IMG/VR virus record: IMGVR_UViG_3300033067_000970
Location: 1 to 57,156 of that record
Origin: a virus
Lineage: Duplodnaviria; Caudoviricetes
Reading direction: 5' to 3' (one strand)
DNA: 57,156 bases
Shown: positions 1 to 9,261 of the stretch, piece by piece
Layout of the letters: the number at the start of each line of letters is the position of its first letter
Numbering within the stretch: position 1 is the stretch's first letter
The notes under the pieces: generated by a model
Database searches by the model: none
Seen by the model: the letters and a program-made list of their open reading frames with translations, nothing else
Told to the model about the DNA's origin: nothing
Position numbers and translations under genes: made by a program

Positions 1-281
1 GGGCGCGGTCGAGGCGGGCGCGGTCGAGGCGGGCGCGGTCGAGGCGAGCGCGGACGAGGCGGGCGCCGTCGAGGCGGACGCGGTCGAGGCGGGCGCCGTC
101 GAGGCGGACGCGGTCGAGGCTGGCGCCGTCGAGGCTGGCGCCGTCGAGGCGGGCGCCGTCGAGGCTGGCGCCGTCGAGGCGGGCGCCGTCGAGGCTGGCG
201 CCGACGAGGCGGGCGCCGTCGAGGCTGGCGCCGACGAGGCTGGCGCCGTCGAGGCTGGCGCCGACGAGGCGGGCGCCGTCG
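1..281. repeat. 15-bp tandem repeat (gaggc[g/t]ggcgccgtc variants)
   Basis: Directly visible; encodes the pentapeptide repeats. Confidence 0.97.
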
Positions 282-394
282 CTGACAGCGCGGCGCACGG
301 CGAGTCCTAGTTGATCGGCGGCGGGCATGTCGTCGGGGACGTCTGTCTCATACAGAACGGCGTCAGTGAAGCGGTGCAGAATTTTGACGATCAC
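1..394 (-). CDS. Pentapeptide-repeat protein, 5' part (continues across the window end)
   Basis: GTG at 394 after GGAG reads [17 protein letters not shown]... then A(R/S)L(D/V)(G/R) repeats from 15-bp units; absent from the ORF track; frame continues at 57156. Confidence 0.9.
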   Translation of the reverse strand, partial: MIVKILHRFTDAVLYETDVPDDMPAADQLGLAVRRAVSDGARLVGASLDGASLVGASLDGARLVGASLDGARLDGASLDGARLDGASLDGASLDRVRLDGARLDRVRLDGARLVRARLDRARLDRARLDRA

Positions 395-397
395 GGG

Positions 398-613
398 TCA
401 GGACTCCTCGCGCAAGCGCGCCGCGGTGCGGCTCAAGTAGGCGTGGAAGTAGCGCGCCCGCGATCCGTTCGCGTTGCGCGGCTTGCGGTAGCCGTAGGCG
501 TCGGCCTCGGCAATCAGGGCGTCGACGACGGCGGACGGGAGGGCGTGGAAGTCGCCGCGGGCGTGCGTGCGGTCGAGGATGTCGGCGGCGTCGAAGGGGG
601 TCAGGCGGGCCAT
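398..613 (-). CDS. Hypothetical early protein
   Basis: GAGGAG RBS, operon packing. Confidence 0.75.
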   Translation of the reverse strand: MARLTPFDAADILDRTHARGDFHALPSAVVDALIAEADAYGYRKPRNANGSRARYFHAYLSRTAARLREES

Positions 614-631
614 GGGCGGGGCTCCTCGGGG

Positions 632-1324
632 TTAAGAGGCGAGGCCGAGACAGACGCGGACGTATCGGCGGATACGCCCGAGCGCCAAGCGGTCAAGACC
701 GCGCCGATCGGCGTCGGCGATCCAAATGGCGACGCCGCGGTCATCCAGTCCGGTGAAGCGGCAGGCGAGGGCGAAGAGGAGCCGATGCACGTACTTGCTT
801 TCGACCCAGTCCCGCACGACGTAATCCGGCACCTTGCCGTTGACGTCCGGCACGATCCACGGGTCGCCGCGGGAGTCCTCGGCGGACGGCAGGCCGCGCT
901 CGCGCCAGGCGCGCATATAGGCGTCGATTTGCTTGCGCGTCTTGTCGACGTCGCCCGGCGCCAGATCGGACACGACGGCGCCATCCGCCGAGACCGTGGC
1001 GGTTTCCAGAACCGGGAAGGCAGCGCCACGCGGCGTCCCGAGATACAGCGCGCCGCGCGAGGTGTAGACGCTCCAGCCACGCGGGAGGGTGGCATTCATC
1101 CGCGCCCGCGTCGTGACGGTGGAAAACCCGCCGGTGTAGATCGTGAAGCCGCCATCGGCGGGAAAGGTCAGAATGTCAGTGTCGTGCAGCCGCACGACGC
1201 GGGCGCCATCGGCGCGGGTGTATTCGAGCGTGTTCCGCGCGATCAAGCGCGCCGACGTCGGGGGCGCCGGCAACGCGGCGATCATGGCGGACTTGCTGCG
1301 ACGGGGGATAATGTTCGCGTACAT
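632..1324 (-). CDS. Hypothetical early protein
   Basis: GAGGAG RBS, protein-like composition. Confidence 0.8.
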   Translation of the reverse strand: MYANIIPRRSKSAMIAALPAPPTSARLIARNTLEYTRADGARVVRLHDTDILTFPADGGFTIYTGGFSTVTTRARMNATLPRGWSVYTSRGALYLGTPRGAAFPVLETATVSADGAVVSDLAPGDVDKTRKQIDAYMRAWRERGLPSAEDSRGDPWIVPDVNGKVPDYVVRDWVESKYVHRLLFALACRFTGLDDRGVAIWIADADRRGLDRLALGRIRRYVRVCLGLAS

Positions 1325-1351
1325 GGGCGAGGCTCCTCGGGGTTGTCGGGG

Positions 1352-1711
1352 TCAGGCGGGCGGGAGGGGTTTCGTATCCGGAAGGTCGGCGAACGGTTTC
1401 CATGTGCCCCAATTGATCAGGCGCACATATCGACCACCGTGTGCGCGATACATGACCGGCGCGGGAATGGCGTTCCACCCGAGGCGGTCGGATACAAGAT
1501 CGAAAGTGTCTAGGATCGGGGGTGTTATGTAGTGCCCGTCAACGCTGAAATCGAAGGCGCCCATAGCGGAGCAGAAGCTAACTTCTTTGTCAGGATGCTT
1601 GCGCGCGAGGCTGAAAAAGACTTGCGCGGCGCGGCGTTCCAACTCGGCCGCGATTTCGCGTTCGGCGCGGTAGATGACGGATTCGAGTTGCGCGATTTTG
1701 TCCTTAGCCAT
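1352..1711 (-). CDS. Hypothetical early protein
   Basis: AGGAGG RBS. Confidence 0.75.
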   Translation of the reverse strand: MAKDKIAQLESVIYRAEREIAAELERRAAQVFFSLARKHPDKEVSFCSAMGAFDFSVDGHYITPPILDTFDLVSDRLGWNAIPAPVMYRAHGGRYVRLINWGTWKPFADLPDTKPLPPA

Positions 1712-1723
1712 GGCGTCCTCCTG

Positions 1724-2200
1724 TCAGGCGTAGATCGGCCAGGCGCGCAAGCCGGAGTCGTCGGAGCCCCACCCGTCGCCCGGCATGTCCGAGACGTACA
1801 GGGTCGCGCAGGGGCCGCGCGGGTCGCCGCCGAACGCCAGGCGGAGCCAGCGGGGGGCGCCGACAGAAAGCACGACGCGAGTCGCGCCCGTGCCGTCGAT
1901 AGAGGCAGCGATTACAGGCGCCGCGCCAGAGACGGAAGACGCGCCCGAGGCGGCGTCATAGATCGCACGCTCCGCCGCCGCGGCCAGCTTCACAAGCCGG
2001 CGTTCGGCGCGGGTGCGATAGGGCTCCTCGGACGCCCACGCGAAAGAACACTCGCGTTCGGCCTCGCGCTTGTGAGCGCGGGCGGCGGCGATCATGGCGA
2101 CGACGGCGCGCCCGACCATGTGCGGCGCGGCGCCGGGGATGGCGGACGCGAGCACGGCGGCGAGGGTCGCGGCGCGATTTTCGACGGGACGGCGGGTCAT
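1724..2200 (-). CDS. Hypothetical early protein
   Basis: GAGGAG RBS downstream of a promoter-like element. Confidence 0.75.
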   Translation of the reverse strand: MTRRPVENRAATLAAVLASAIPGAAPHMVGRAVVAMIAAARAHKREAERECSFAWASEEPYRTRAERRLVKLAAAAERAIYDAASGASSVSGAAPVIAASIDGTGATRVVLSVGAPRWLRLAFGGDPRGPCATLYVSDMPGDGWGSDDSGLRAWPIYA

Positions 2201-2228
2201 GGCGTAATCTCCTCGGGTTTTTCGTATG

Positions 2229-2268
2229 TGCGGATTGATTAACAGTCTAGGCGGGCGTTGTCAAGCGG
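2229..2268 (-). promoter_or_regulatory. Sigma70-type early promoter, copy 1
   Basis: CCGCTTGACA...AGACTGTTAATCAATCCGCA; 32/40 identical to 54272-54311. Confidence 0.75.
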
Positions 2269-2284
2269 CGTTGACAGGTTTTTG

Positions 2285-2881
2285 TCAGGCCGCGCGGGCG
2301 GCGATGCGGGCGCGCCTGGCGCGAGCGTCGTGCAGCGCGTCGGCGAGCACGTCAGCGGCGATCTCGTCGATATAGGCGTTATCGCTGCCCGGATAGTTGA
2401 CGTCGACACGCCAGATGGACGCGGACGCAAGCTCGACGTCCTCCTCCGCGTCGGAGATCGTCACGACGACGCCGGCATAATACCAATCGTCCCGGCACCA
2501 TGCGCGGAGCGCGGCGAAGTCAGCGCGGGCGGCGTTCGCGGCAACCTGGCGCCGCGTCAGGCCGGCGGCGACGTGCTCGGCGGCGCTCTTGCCATCGTAT
2601 CCCCAGCCATCGGCGAGGGCGATACGGCAAGCCTCGGCGAAGTCATAGTAACGGCGCGCGGAGCGGTTGGCGTGAAGGATCAATTCGCCCGCACGCTTGG
2701 GGCGGGTCTCCCAGTCCGAGACCGGCCCATGCCCGTCGTCTTCCCAGGGCGGCGATGCGTCCGAGTCGTACTCGACAGTGAACACGGCGCGGAGACCATC
2801 CGGCGTGGTGATCTCGGCGAGCGTGTGGCCGGGATAGATGTCATGGCGTCCGGCGACGGACGGGAAAGCGGGGTCAGTCAT
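2285..2881 (-). CDS. Hypothetical early protein
   Basis: AAGGAG RBS; acidic/aromatic globular ORF (...LRAWCRDDWYYAGVVV...). Confidence 0.8.
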   Translation of the reverse strand: MTDPAFPSVAGRHDIYPGHTLAEITTPDGLRAVFTVEYDSDASPPWEDDGHGPVSDWETRPKRAGELILHANRSARRYYDFAEACRIALADGWGYDGKSAAEHVAAGLTRRQVAANAARADFAALRAWCRDDWYYAGVVVTISDAEEDVELASASIWRVDVNYPGSDNAYIDEIAADVLADALHDARARRARIAARAA

Positions 2882-2883
2882 GG

Positions 2884-3123
2884 TCAGGACTCCTTGTTGT
2901 CAGCGGCGAGGCGGGATTGCCACGCGGTGTAGTCGGCAGGGGCGAGCACGTCGCACGCGATAAGCGTGCGGACGCGGCGAGAGGCGAAGAGGCGGACACG
3001 ATAGCGGCGCGGGGTCGAAGGGAAACGCGGCGCCAAGCTGGCCATGATGGTGACACGCGAGCCATCGCGGAGCGTGGCCACGTCGCCCGACTGGAACCTG
3101 TACGATTCGCAGTAGTTACACAT
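2884..3123 (-). CDS. Hypothetical early protein
   Basis: ATG at 3123 with AAGGAG RBS. Confidence 0.7.
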   Translation of the reverse strand: MCNYCESYRFQSGDVATLRDGSRVTIMASLAPRFPSTPRRYRVRLFASRRVRTLIACDVLAPADYTAWQSRLAADNKES

Positions 3124-3155
3124 GGCGTTAACTCCTTCGGGGTTGCGACACGTGC

Positions 3156-3189
3156 ACCTTATCCGGTTTGTGTTTTTTCTGTCAAGCGG
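3156..3189 (-). promoter_or_regulatory. Sigma70-type promoter heading the leftward early operon
   Basis: CCGCTTGACA-N18-TAAGGT; same CCGCTTGAC core as the other early promoters. Confidence 0.6.
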
Positions 3190-3199
3190 TTTTTCGCGT

Positions 3200-3900
3200 A
3201 ACAATTACGAGAAGCAAGTCACAAAATTCCGGTTTCGACTTATCCACAGTACACACTTTAACGTGAAAATCGGTTAAAATTTGGAAAATTCCCGTAATGT
3301 TAAACCTGTTTTTTGGCCACGTTGCTATACCGGCTCGACGTGATACGGTCGAGAGCGTAAGGAAAAATTAAAATCTTTTTTCTCCCTGTTTAGGTCTGCA
3401 TGTTTATTCACGTTAATTTTTCGTTATGAGGTGACTGTGATTAAGGAATCCGGGAAGTGTATGTAGGGAAGTGAGAAATAGGGGGCCGGGAAGCCCCCTC
3501 GCGCCGTAGCGGATGGTTAAAATAGGGGGTATTTTGGCGAGACGGATAGGGCCGGAATGCGACCTAAAATTTTTTCTACCAGAAACTTTTTCAAAACGGC
3601 GTTTTTTGATACTTTTGCACCGGCGCGCCATCGTTCCGCCCCCAGCTTGGTGAAATTCAAAAAATTTAAAGCGTGAGATGCAGAGCGGGTTTATTTAAAT
3701 TCATTTTTTCCAAACCCTTAAAAAGTGTGTGACGAACTCGGCAAAAAAGTCGATCGTTACGCAATGATCGACTTTTCGGTAACGACGTTTGACCTCCGAC
3801 ATTACCTAGCGTTATTTTTACTTTTTAAACGTAAATCGGTTAAAATCAGAAAGGGCGCGTTGACAATTCCTGTTAACCGCCTAGCGTGCCGATTCGCGCT
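3200..3900. other. AT-rich non-coding spacer between divergent early and packaging operons
   Basis: Many A/T tracts, sharp GC drop, no convincing ORF. Confidence 0.75.
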
Positions 3901-3940
3901 CCGCTTGCCGATCTCGGACGGATTAGCGTATCGTCCGGCC

Positions 3941-4711
3941 ATGTCCCGCACCCGCATTGACCCTTCAGCGCCCGTCCTCCCGTTGCTCGGCGACGACTCG
4001 GCGTCGACGGCAGGCCCGCCGTCCCTAATGTCTATAGGCGTGCTGGCTCGCACCTATACCGCCGACGCGGTTGCAACGCTGGTGGATTGCCTGTCTCCCG
4101 GTATGCCCCCCGCCGTTCGCGTCAAAGCTGCCAGCGTCATCCTCGAACGGGGTTGGGGCGCACCCGTGCAGCACATAGAGGGCGGGGAACGGGAGACGGT
4201 TAAGGTTATCAGCGGGGAGCCGCTAAGCGAAGATGATTGGCTTGCGAAATATACCGGCGCGGGTATATCCGGCGAGGCGATGCGCAACGCGGTCGACCGG
4301 GCGGCGGAGGCGATGGCAAACGCGGATGCGATCACAGTCGAAAAAATAAAAACCGACGCGAGTCGGGGGGATGGGTCCCATCCGCCCCCGCTAAATTCAA
4401 CCCCGAAAACCGATCAGGAAGATATACCCCGCCTAAATCCAACCCAGGAAAGCCCCACCCCCGTAAAAAAATCAAGCCTCGAAAACCAAGAGGAAAAAAC
4501 TCTCTATGAAGACGACCCCGACGTGGCCGACGACGACACGCCGCGTGTGGTCCCGTTCCAGATTATCAGACGGCAGCCGCCGCCGACGCCTCCCCTGCAC
4601 CCCAATGGCTGGGCAGCGCCCGCCTCCTTCGACGAAGCGTTGAAAAACTATCGCAAAAGCCGCTACACTGACGAGGAAGTGGCTCGAATGATAGACGATG
4701 GAGACATATGA
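3941..4711 (+). CDS. terS: Terminase small subunit (probable)
   Basis: LARTYTADAVATLV...RVKAASVILERGWG motif; directly upstream of and overlapping terL; ATG 3941 preferred. Confidence 0.7.
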   Translation: MSRTRIDPSAPVLPLLGDDSASTAGPPSLMSIGVLARTYTADAVATLVDCLSPGMPPAVRVKAASVILERGWGAPVQHIEGGERETVKVISGEPLSEDDWLAKYTGAGISGEAMRNAVDRAAEAMANADAITVEKIKTDASRGDGSHPPPLNSTPKTDQEDIPRLNPTQESPTPVKKSSLENQEEKTLYEDDPDVADDDTPRVVPFQIIRRQPPPTPPLHPNGWAAPASFDEALKNYRKSRYTDEEVARMIDDGDI

Positions 4712-6138
4712 ACCCCGACCAGACCCTCATCTGGGCGCCGCAAGCGGGACCGCAGAAAGCCTATTTTGACTGCCCGATCGGTGAAATCCTCTTCGGGGGA
4801 AGCCGAGGGGGCGGCAAATCGGATGGCATTCTCGGCAAGTGGGGGGTCAAGGCGACGCGCTACGGGGCGGGCTTCAACGCTGTGTTCTTCCGGCAAGAGA
4901 TGCCGCAGGTGGACGACCTGGTCGAGCGCGCCAAGGAGATTTACGGCCCCCTTGGCGCGCAATGGAAGGAGCAGCAGCGTCAGTTCATCTTCCCGGAGGG
5001 TGGCAGACTGCGTTTTCGCCCCCTGGAGCGGGTCGAGGACGCGGCGAAGTATCAGGGGCAGAACCTTTCCGACGCCGCGGTCGAGGAAGCCGGCAACTAC
5101 GTGACGCCCAAGCCGATCGACATGCTCCACGGCGCCTTGCGGTCGGTGCGGGGCGTGCCGGTGCAACTCACGTTGACCGCCAACCCTGGCGGCCCCGGCC
5201 ACACTTGGCTGAAACACCGCTACATCGACCCCGCACCGCTGGGGATGAAGCCGCTCTACCGTGAACTGCCGGACGGGACCAAGCACCTCTACATCTACAT
5301 TCCGTCGAAGGTGCAGGACAACCGCGCCCTTCTCACGCGCGACCCCGGCTACATCTCGCGGCTCTACCTCGTCGGCAGCGACGCGCTGGTGAAGGCGTGG
5401 CTGTCAGGCGACTGGAACGTGGTCGCGGGGGCGTTCTTCGAGTGCTGGGACAGCACCAAGCACATCATCGCGCCGTTCACGATCCCGCGGCACTGGGTCC
5501 GGGCGATGTCCTTCGACTGGGGTAGCGCCAGGCCCTTCGTGGCGCAGTGGTGGGCGATCTCGGACGGGAGCCTCCTGCCGGATGGGCGTCAGTACCCGAC
5601 CGGGGCGGCGATCCTGTATCGTGAATGGTACGGAGCGAAGGCGCCGAACGAAGGGCTCAAGTTGCCCACGCTCGACGTCGCCAGGGGCATCCGCGCCCGC
5701 GAGGACAAGGACGAGAGGATCGACTACCGCGTCGCCGACCCGGCGTGCTGGAAGTCCGATGGCGGCCCGAGCCACGCGGAAATCTTCGCCAACAACGGCG
5801 TGGTGATGCGCCCGGCGGACAACTCCCGCGTGACAGGCGCCAACCAGGTGCGGGATCGCCTGATCGGCATCGACGACACGCCGATGATGTACGTGTTCGG
5901 CACGGCGGTTGACTTCATCCGCACGGTGCCCGTATTGCAACACGACAAGACCCGGCCCGAAGACGTGGACAGTTCGGGAGAAGATCATTCTTATGACGCA
6001 ACTAGGTATTTGTGCATGTCGCGTCCGTGGCACCGCGCGCCGGCCGTCGTGCTACCGATGCGGTCGATGGGGCAGATGACGATGGACGAGGCTTGGAAAC
6101 TCGCCAGACCGCAGCAACGCCGGGAAGGACGCATCTAG
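4708..6138 (+). CDS. terL: Terminase large subunit
   Basis: GGSRGGGKS Walker A, AAVEEA Walker B, TANPGG coupling motif, FDWG and DHSYDA nuclease motifs. Confidence 0.95.
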   Translation: MNPDQTLIWAPQAGPQKAYFDCPIGEILFGGSRGGGKSDGILGKWGVKATRYGAGFNAVFFRQEMPQVDDLVERAKEIYGPLGAQWKEQQRQFIFPEGGRLRFRPLERVEDAAKYQGQNLSDAAVEEAGNYVTPKPIDMLHGALRSVRGVPVQLTLTANPGGPGHTWLKHRYIDPAPLGMKPLYRELPDGTKHLYIYIPSKVQDNRALLTRDPGYISRLYLVGSDALVKAWLSGDWNVVAGAFFECWDSTKHIIAPFTIPRHWVRAMSFDWGSARPFVAQWWAISDGSLLPDGRQYPTGAAILYREWYGAKAPNEGLKLPTLDVARGIRAREDKDERIDYRVADPACWKSDGGPSHAEIFANNGVVMRPADNSRVTGANQVRDRLIGIDDTPMMYVFGTAVDFIRTVPVLQHDKTRPEDVDSSGEDHSYDATRYLCMSRPWHRAPAVVLPMRSMGQMTMDEAWKLARPQQRREGRI

Positions 6139-6141
6139 GCC

Positions 6142-8598
6142 ATGTCCGACACGCTTTCGATCACGCCACCGCAGGACACCACGGGCGTCGAGACCCAGGC
6201 CGACTTCGGCAAGGGTGAGCCCGGCCTGTGGGCCTACTGGATGGGGCAGGAGCGCATCGCCGACAAGGAGGACGAGAAGTGGGTGCGCCGCGCCGACCGC
6301 GTGATCGCGCGGTATCGCGACGAACGCCCGACGACGGGCTCGTCCGCCGCGGCGAACGCGCACCGCTTCAACATCCTGTGGTCGAACGTCCAGACCTTGC
6401 AGCCGGTCCTCTACGCCCGGACGCCCAAGCCGGTCGTGAAGCGCCGCTTTCTCGACAAGGACCCGACCGGGCGGCTAGCCTCGCTTCTGCTGGAGCGGTC
6501 CATCGCCTACTCGATCGACCAGTACGACTTCGACGCCGTGATGGAGCAAGCGGTCCTTGACCGGCTCCTGCCGGGCCGAGGGCAGGTGCGTATCCTATAC
6601 ACACCGCATTTCGCCCCGGCGACGACCGAGCCCTACAAGGACGTGGAGAGTTCGGCCGCGGTGGTGAGCGGCCCCGGCGATATGGTGCAGGACGCCACGA
6701 CGCCGGACAGCACCCTGGCCGGGACGTCGTCAGCCGCGATGCCGAACGCCCCTCGCCCGTCGCTCGACGCCATCCAGCAGTCGCAGGACGCCCCACTGAC
6801 GCCGCAGACGAAGACGCCCCAGGCATCGACGCAGCCGACGCAGGACCGCGAGGTGGTCTACGAAGAGACGAGCATCAAATACACCTACTGGAAGGACTAC
6901 AAGGAGAGCCCGGCGCGGACGTGGGAGGAAGTCTCGTGGGTGCGCTATCAGGCGTACATGACACGGGATGAACTCGTCGAGCGGTTCGGCAAGAAGGGCG
7001 AGCGGGTGACGCTCGATTTCACGCCGAAGGGGGCGGACGGCGGCAGGCTGGAGGAGAAACCGCCGCCGGACGTGTTCAAGAAGGCGATCGTGCGGGAGTA
7101 TTGGGACAAGAACCAGCGCAAGGTGATCTGGATCGCGCCGGGGACGCCTGACCTCATCCTCGACGAGATCGACGACCCGCTCGGGCTGCCTGACTTCTTC
7201 CCGAGCCCGGCGCCGCTCCTGGCCACCACCACGACCGACAAGCGGGTGCCGGTGCCTGACTACGTCGAGTATCAGGACCAGGCGGACGAGATCGACGTGC
7301 TGACGGCACGCATCGACCGGCTGACGCGGGCGCTCAAGGTGTCCGGCGTCTATCCCGGCAGCGCCAAGCAGGAGTTGCAGCAACTCATCGACGACGGGTC
7401 GGAGAACAAGCTGATCCCGGTCGAGGACTGGGCGTCCTTCGCGGCCAAGGGCGGCCTCAAGGAAATGATCGTCTGGATGCCGGTCGAGCAGGTGGCGCAG
7501 ACGCTCATTCAACTTTCCGACCTCCGAGACCGGGCGAAGAACATCATCTACGAGATCACCGGCATCGGCGACATCGTGCGCGGTGCGTCGCAGCCAATGG
7601 AGACCGCCGCGGCGCAGAAACTCAAGGCCAGCTTCTCGACGCGGCGCCAGGTGCCGGAGCAGAAGCGTGTCGCCCGCTTCGCCCGCGACATCGTGCGCCT
7701 GATCGGCGCCGTCATCGCCGAGCACTTCTCGGCGGCGACCATCTCGGCGATCACGGGCTACCCGGAACTCCAGCCGGTGCCGCCTCTGCCGCCCCCGCCG
7801 CCGCAGATGATCCCGAACCCGCAGGCAGGCCCCCTGGCGCCCCAGCAGCCGATGCAGGCGATGCAGCCGCAGATGCCCGGCGCCCCCATGGCGCCTGACC
7901 AGCAGCCTCCCCAGCAGCCGCCGATGGTGCCGAATCCGGCCTACCAGCAATGGGAGCAGGCCGCGCAGGCGCGGGCCGTCGTGATCGGCGCGAACGCGGC
8001 CAAGCAGAAGCAGTTCGACGACGCCGTGGCGCTCATCAAGAAGGACGGCGTGACGGGCTTCCGCCTCGACATCGAGACGGACTCGACCATCGCCGCCGAC
8101 GAGACACAGGACCGGCAGGACCGCACCGAGTTCATCTCGGCGCTGCTGCCGCTGATGCAGCAGACAGTCCCCTACGCCATGGGCAACCCCGCGGCGGCCG
8201 AGTTCGCCAAGCAGTTGACGATGTTCGGCGTGCGCGGCTTCCCGATTGCCCGGTCGCTGGAGGAGAGCATCGAGCAGTTCTTCGACCAACTGGCCACGAT
8301 GCCGCCGCAGCCGCCCGGCGGAAAGCCCGGCGCATCGCCCGGCAAGGACCCGCAGGTCGAGCACGCCAAGATCGCGGCCGACGTCCACGCCACGGACCAG
8401 AAGACGGCCACGGAGCGGATGGCGATCCAGCAGAAGGCGCAGGCGGCGCAGAACCAGTTGCAGATCGCGACCATGCGGAACGAGTCGGAGCAGCAGCGCG
8501 ACATGGTCGACCTCGCCATCCAGGCCAGCGAGGCGCAGGGCCGTCAGGACTTGCAGCGCCACAAGATCGACGCCAGAGCGGCGACGGGCCTTGTTTAA
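6142..8598 (+). CDS. Portal protein
   Basis: 818 aa, follows terL; FNILWSNVQTL..LY and YEITGIGDIVRG segments; helical C-terminus. Confidence 0.85.
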   Translation: MSDTLSITPPQDTTGVETQADFGKGEPGLWAYWMGQERIADKEDEKWVRRADRVIARYRDERPTTGSSAAANAHRFNILWSNVQTLQPVLYARTPKPVVKRRFLDKDPTGRLASLLLERSIAYSIDQYDFDAVMEQAVLDRLLPGRGQVRILYTPHFAPATTEPYKDVESSAAVVSGPGDMVQDATTPDSTLAGTSSAAMPNAPRPSLDAIQQSQDAPLTPQTKTPQASTQPTQDREVVYEETSIKYTYWKDYKESPARTWEEVSWVRYQAYMTRDELVERFGKKGERVTLDFTPKGADGGRLEEKPPPDVFKKAIVREYWDKNQRKVIWIAPGTPDLILDEIDDPLGLPDFFPSPAPLLATTTTDKRVPVPDYVEYQDQADEIDVLTARIDRLTRALKVSGVYPGSAKQELQQLIDDGSENKLIPVEDWASFAAKGGLKEMIVWMPVEQVAQTLIQLSDLRDRAKNIIYEITGIGDIVRGASQPMETAAAQKLKASFSTRRQVPEQKRVARFARDIVRLIGAVIAEHFSAATISAITGYPELQPVPPLPPPPPQMIPNPQAGPLAPQQPMQAMQPQMPGAPMAPDQQPPQQPPMVPNPAYQQWEQAAQARAVVIGANAAKQKQFDDAVALIKKDGVTGFRLDIETDSTIAADETQDRQDRTEFISALLPLMQQTVPYAMGNPAAAEFAKQLTMFGVRGFPIARSLEESIEQFFDQLATMPPQPPGGKPGASPGKDPQVEHAKIAADVHATDQKTATERMAIQQKAQAAQNQLQIATMRNESEQQRDMVDLAIQASEAQGRQDLQRHKIDARAATGLV

Positions 8599-8791
8599 CC
8601 CGGAGACACAGATTGTCGGCAGCCGGCGCACGAGCGAGGGCTACGAGTACGACGTGGACCTCGACGGGCGCCGGTTGACGGTCGCGGTGCCGGACACCGC
8701 CTTCAAGCGAGTGACGCCGGGCATCCTTGGCGCCCCCGAGCGGCGGCGGATCGTCGCTTCCATGGTCAAGAAGGCGGCGGCCGATGCGTGA
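8591..8791 (+). CDS. Small hypothetical protein
   Basis: TTG start overlapping the portal end; 3' part of track ORF 8246..8791. Confidence 0.55.
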   Translation: MFNPETQIVGSRRTSEGYEYDVDLDGRRLTVAVPDTAFKRVTPGILGAPERRRIVASMVKKAAADA

Positions 8792-8910
8792 CCGGACGTC
8801 GGTGCTGCAATCGCTGCTTGAATACAACGCCGTCACGGGCGCGAAGCACGACTACAAGCCGATCGACCGGGAGAACGGCTCGGAGATCATCGCCAGAGAG
8901 GAGAGCGAAC

Positions 8911-9246
8911 TTGCGCCGGACCTTCGTCTACGACCCCGACCTGGACGCGATGGTGGAGATCACGAACGGGACGAACCGCGTCCTGGAGCCCCGGTCGTCC
9001 GATGGCGTCCAGATCATTCGTGACCTGGAGCCCTACAAGACCGTCGCGGGCGATGTCGCCAACGGCGGCGACCCGATCGCGGTCGGCGGCCGGCGACAGC
9101 ACCGCGAGTTCCTTCAGCGAAACGCCTACATCGAGGCGGGCAACGAACTGTCCTACATGGGCAAGAAGCAGGAATCCTACGTCGACCGCCGCGAATACCA
9201 GCGGGAACTCGTAAACGACATCAAGCGTGCGGCCAAGTGGCTGTAA
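8911..9246 (+). CDS. Hypothetical head-region protein
   Basis: GAGGAG before TTG 8911; QIIRDLEPY...RRQHREFLQRN. Confidence 0.65.
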   Translation: MRRTFVYDPDLDAMVEITNGTNRVLEPRSSDGVQIIRDLEPYKTVAGDVANGGDPIAVGGRRQHREFLQRNAYIEAGNELSYMGKKQESYVDRREYQRELVNDIKRAAKWL

Positions 9247-9261
9247 CCAACAGGAGCACAC

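Noticed and set aside
1-281. Terminal repeats as a CRISPR array or terminal direct repeat
   Set aside because: No spacers; the 15-bp units are in-frame pentapeptide codons
311-1513. 400-aa + strand ORF and similar long shadow ORFs (6730..8631, 29165..30820, 13525..14664)
   Set aside because: Antisense to well-supported genes; typical high-GC artefacts
8784-9023. Possible small ORF MRDRTSVLQ...
   Set aside because: Its 3' half overlaps the better-supported 8911..9246 ORF; cannot be resolved by eye
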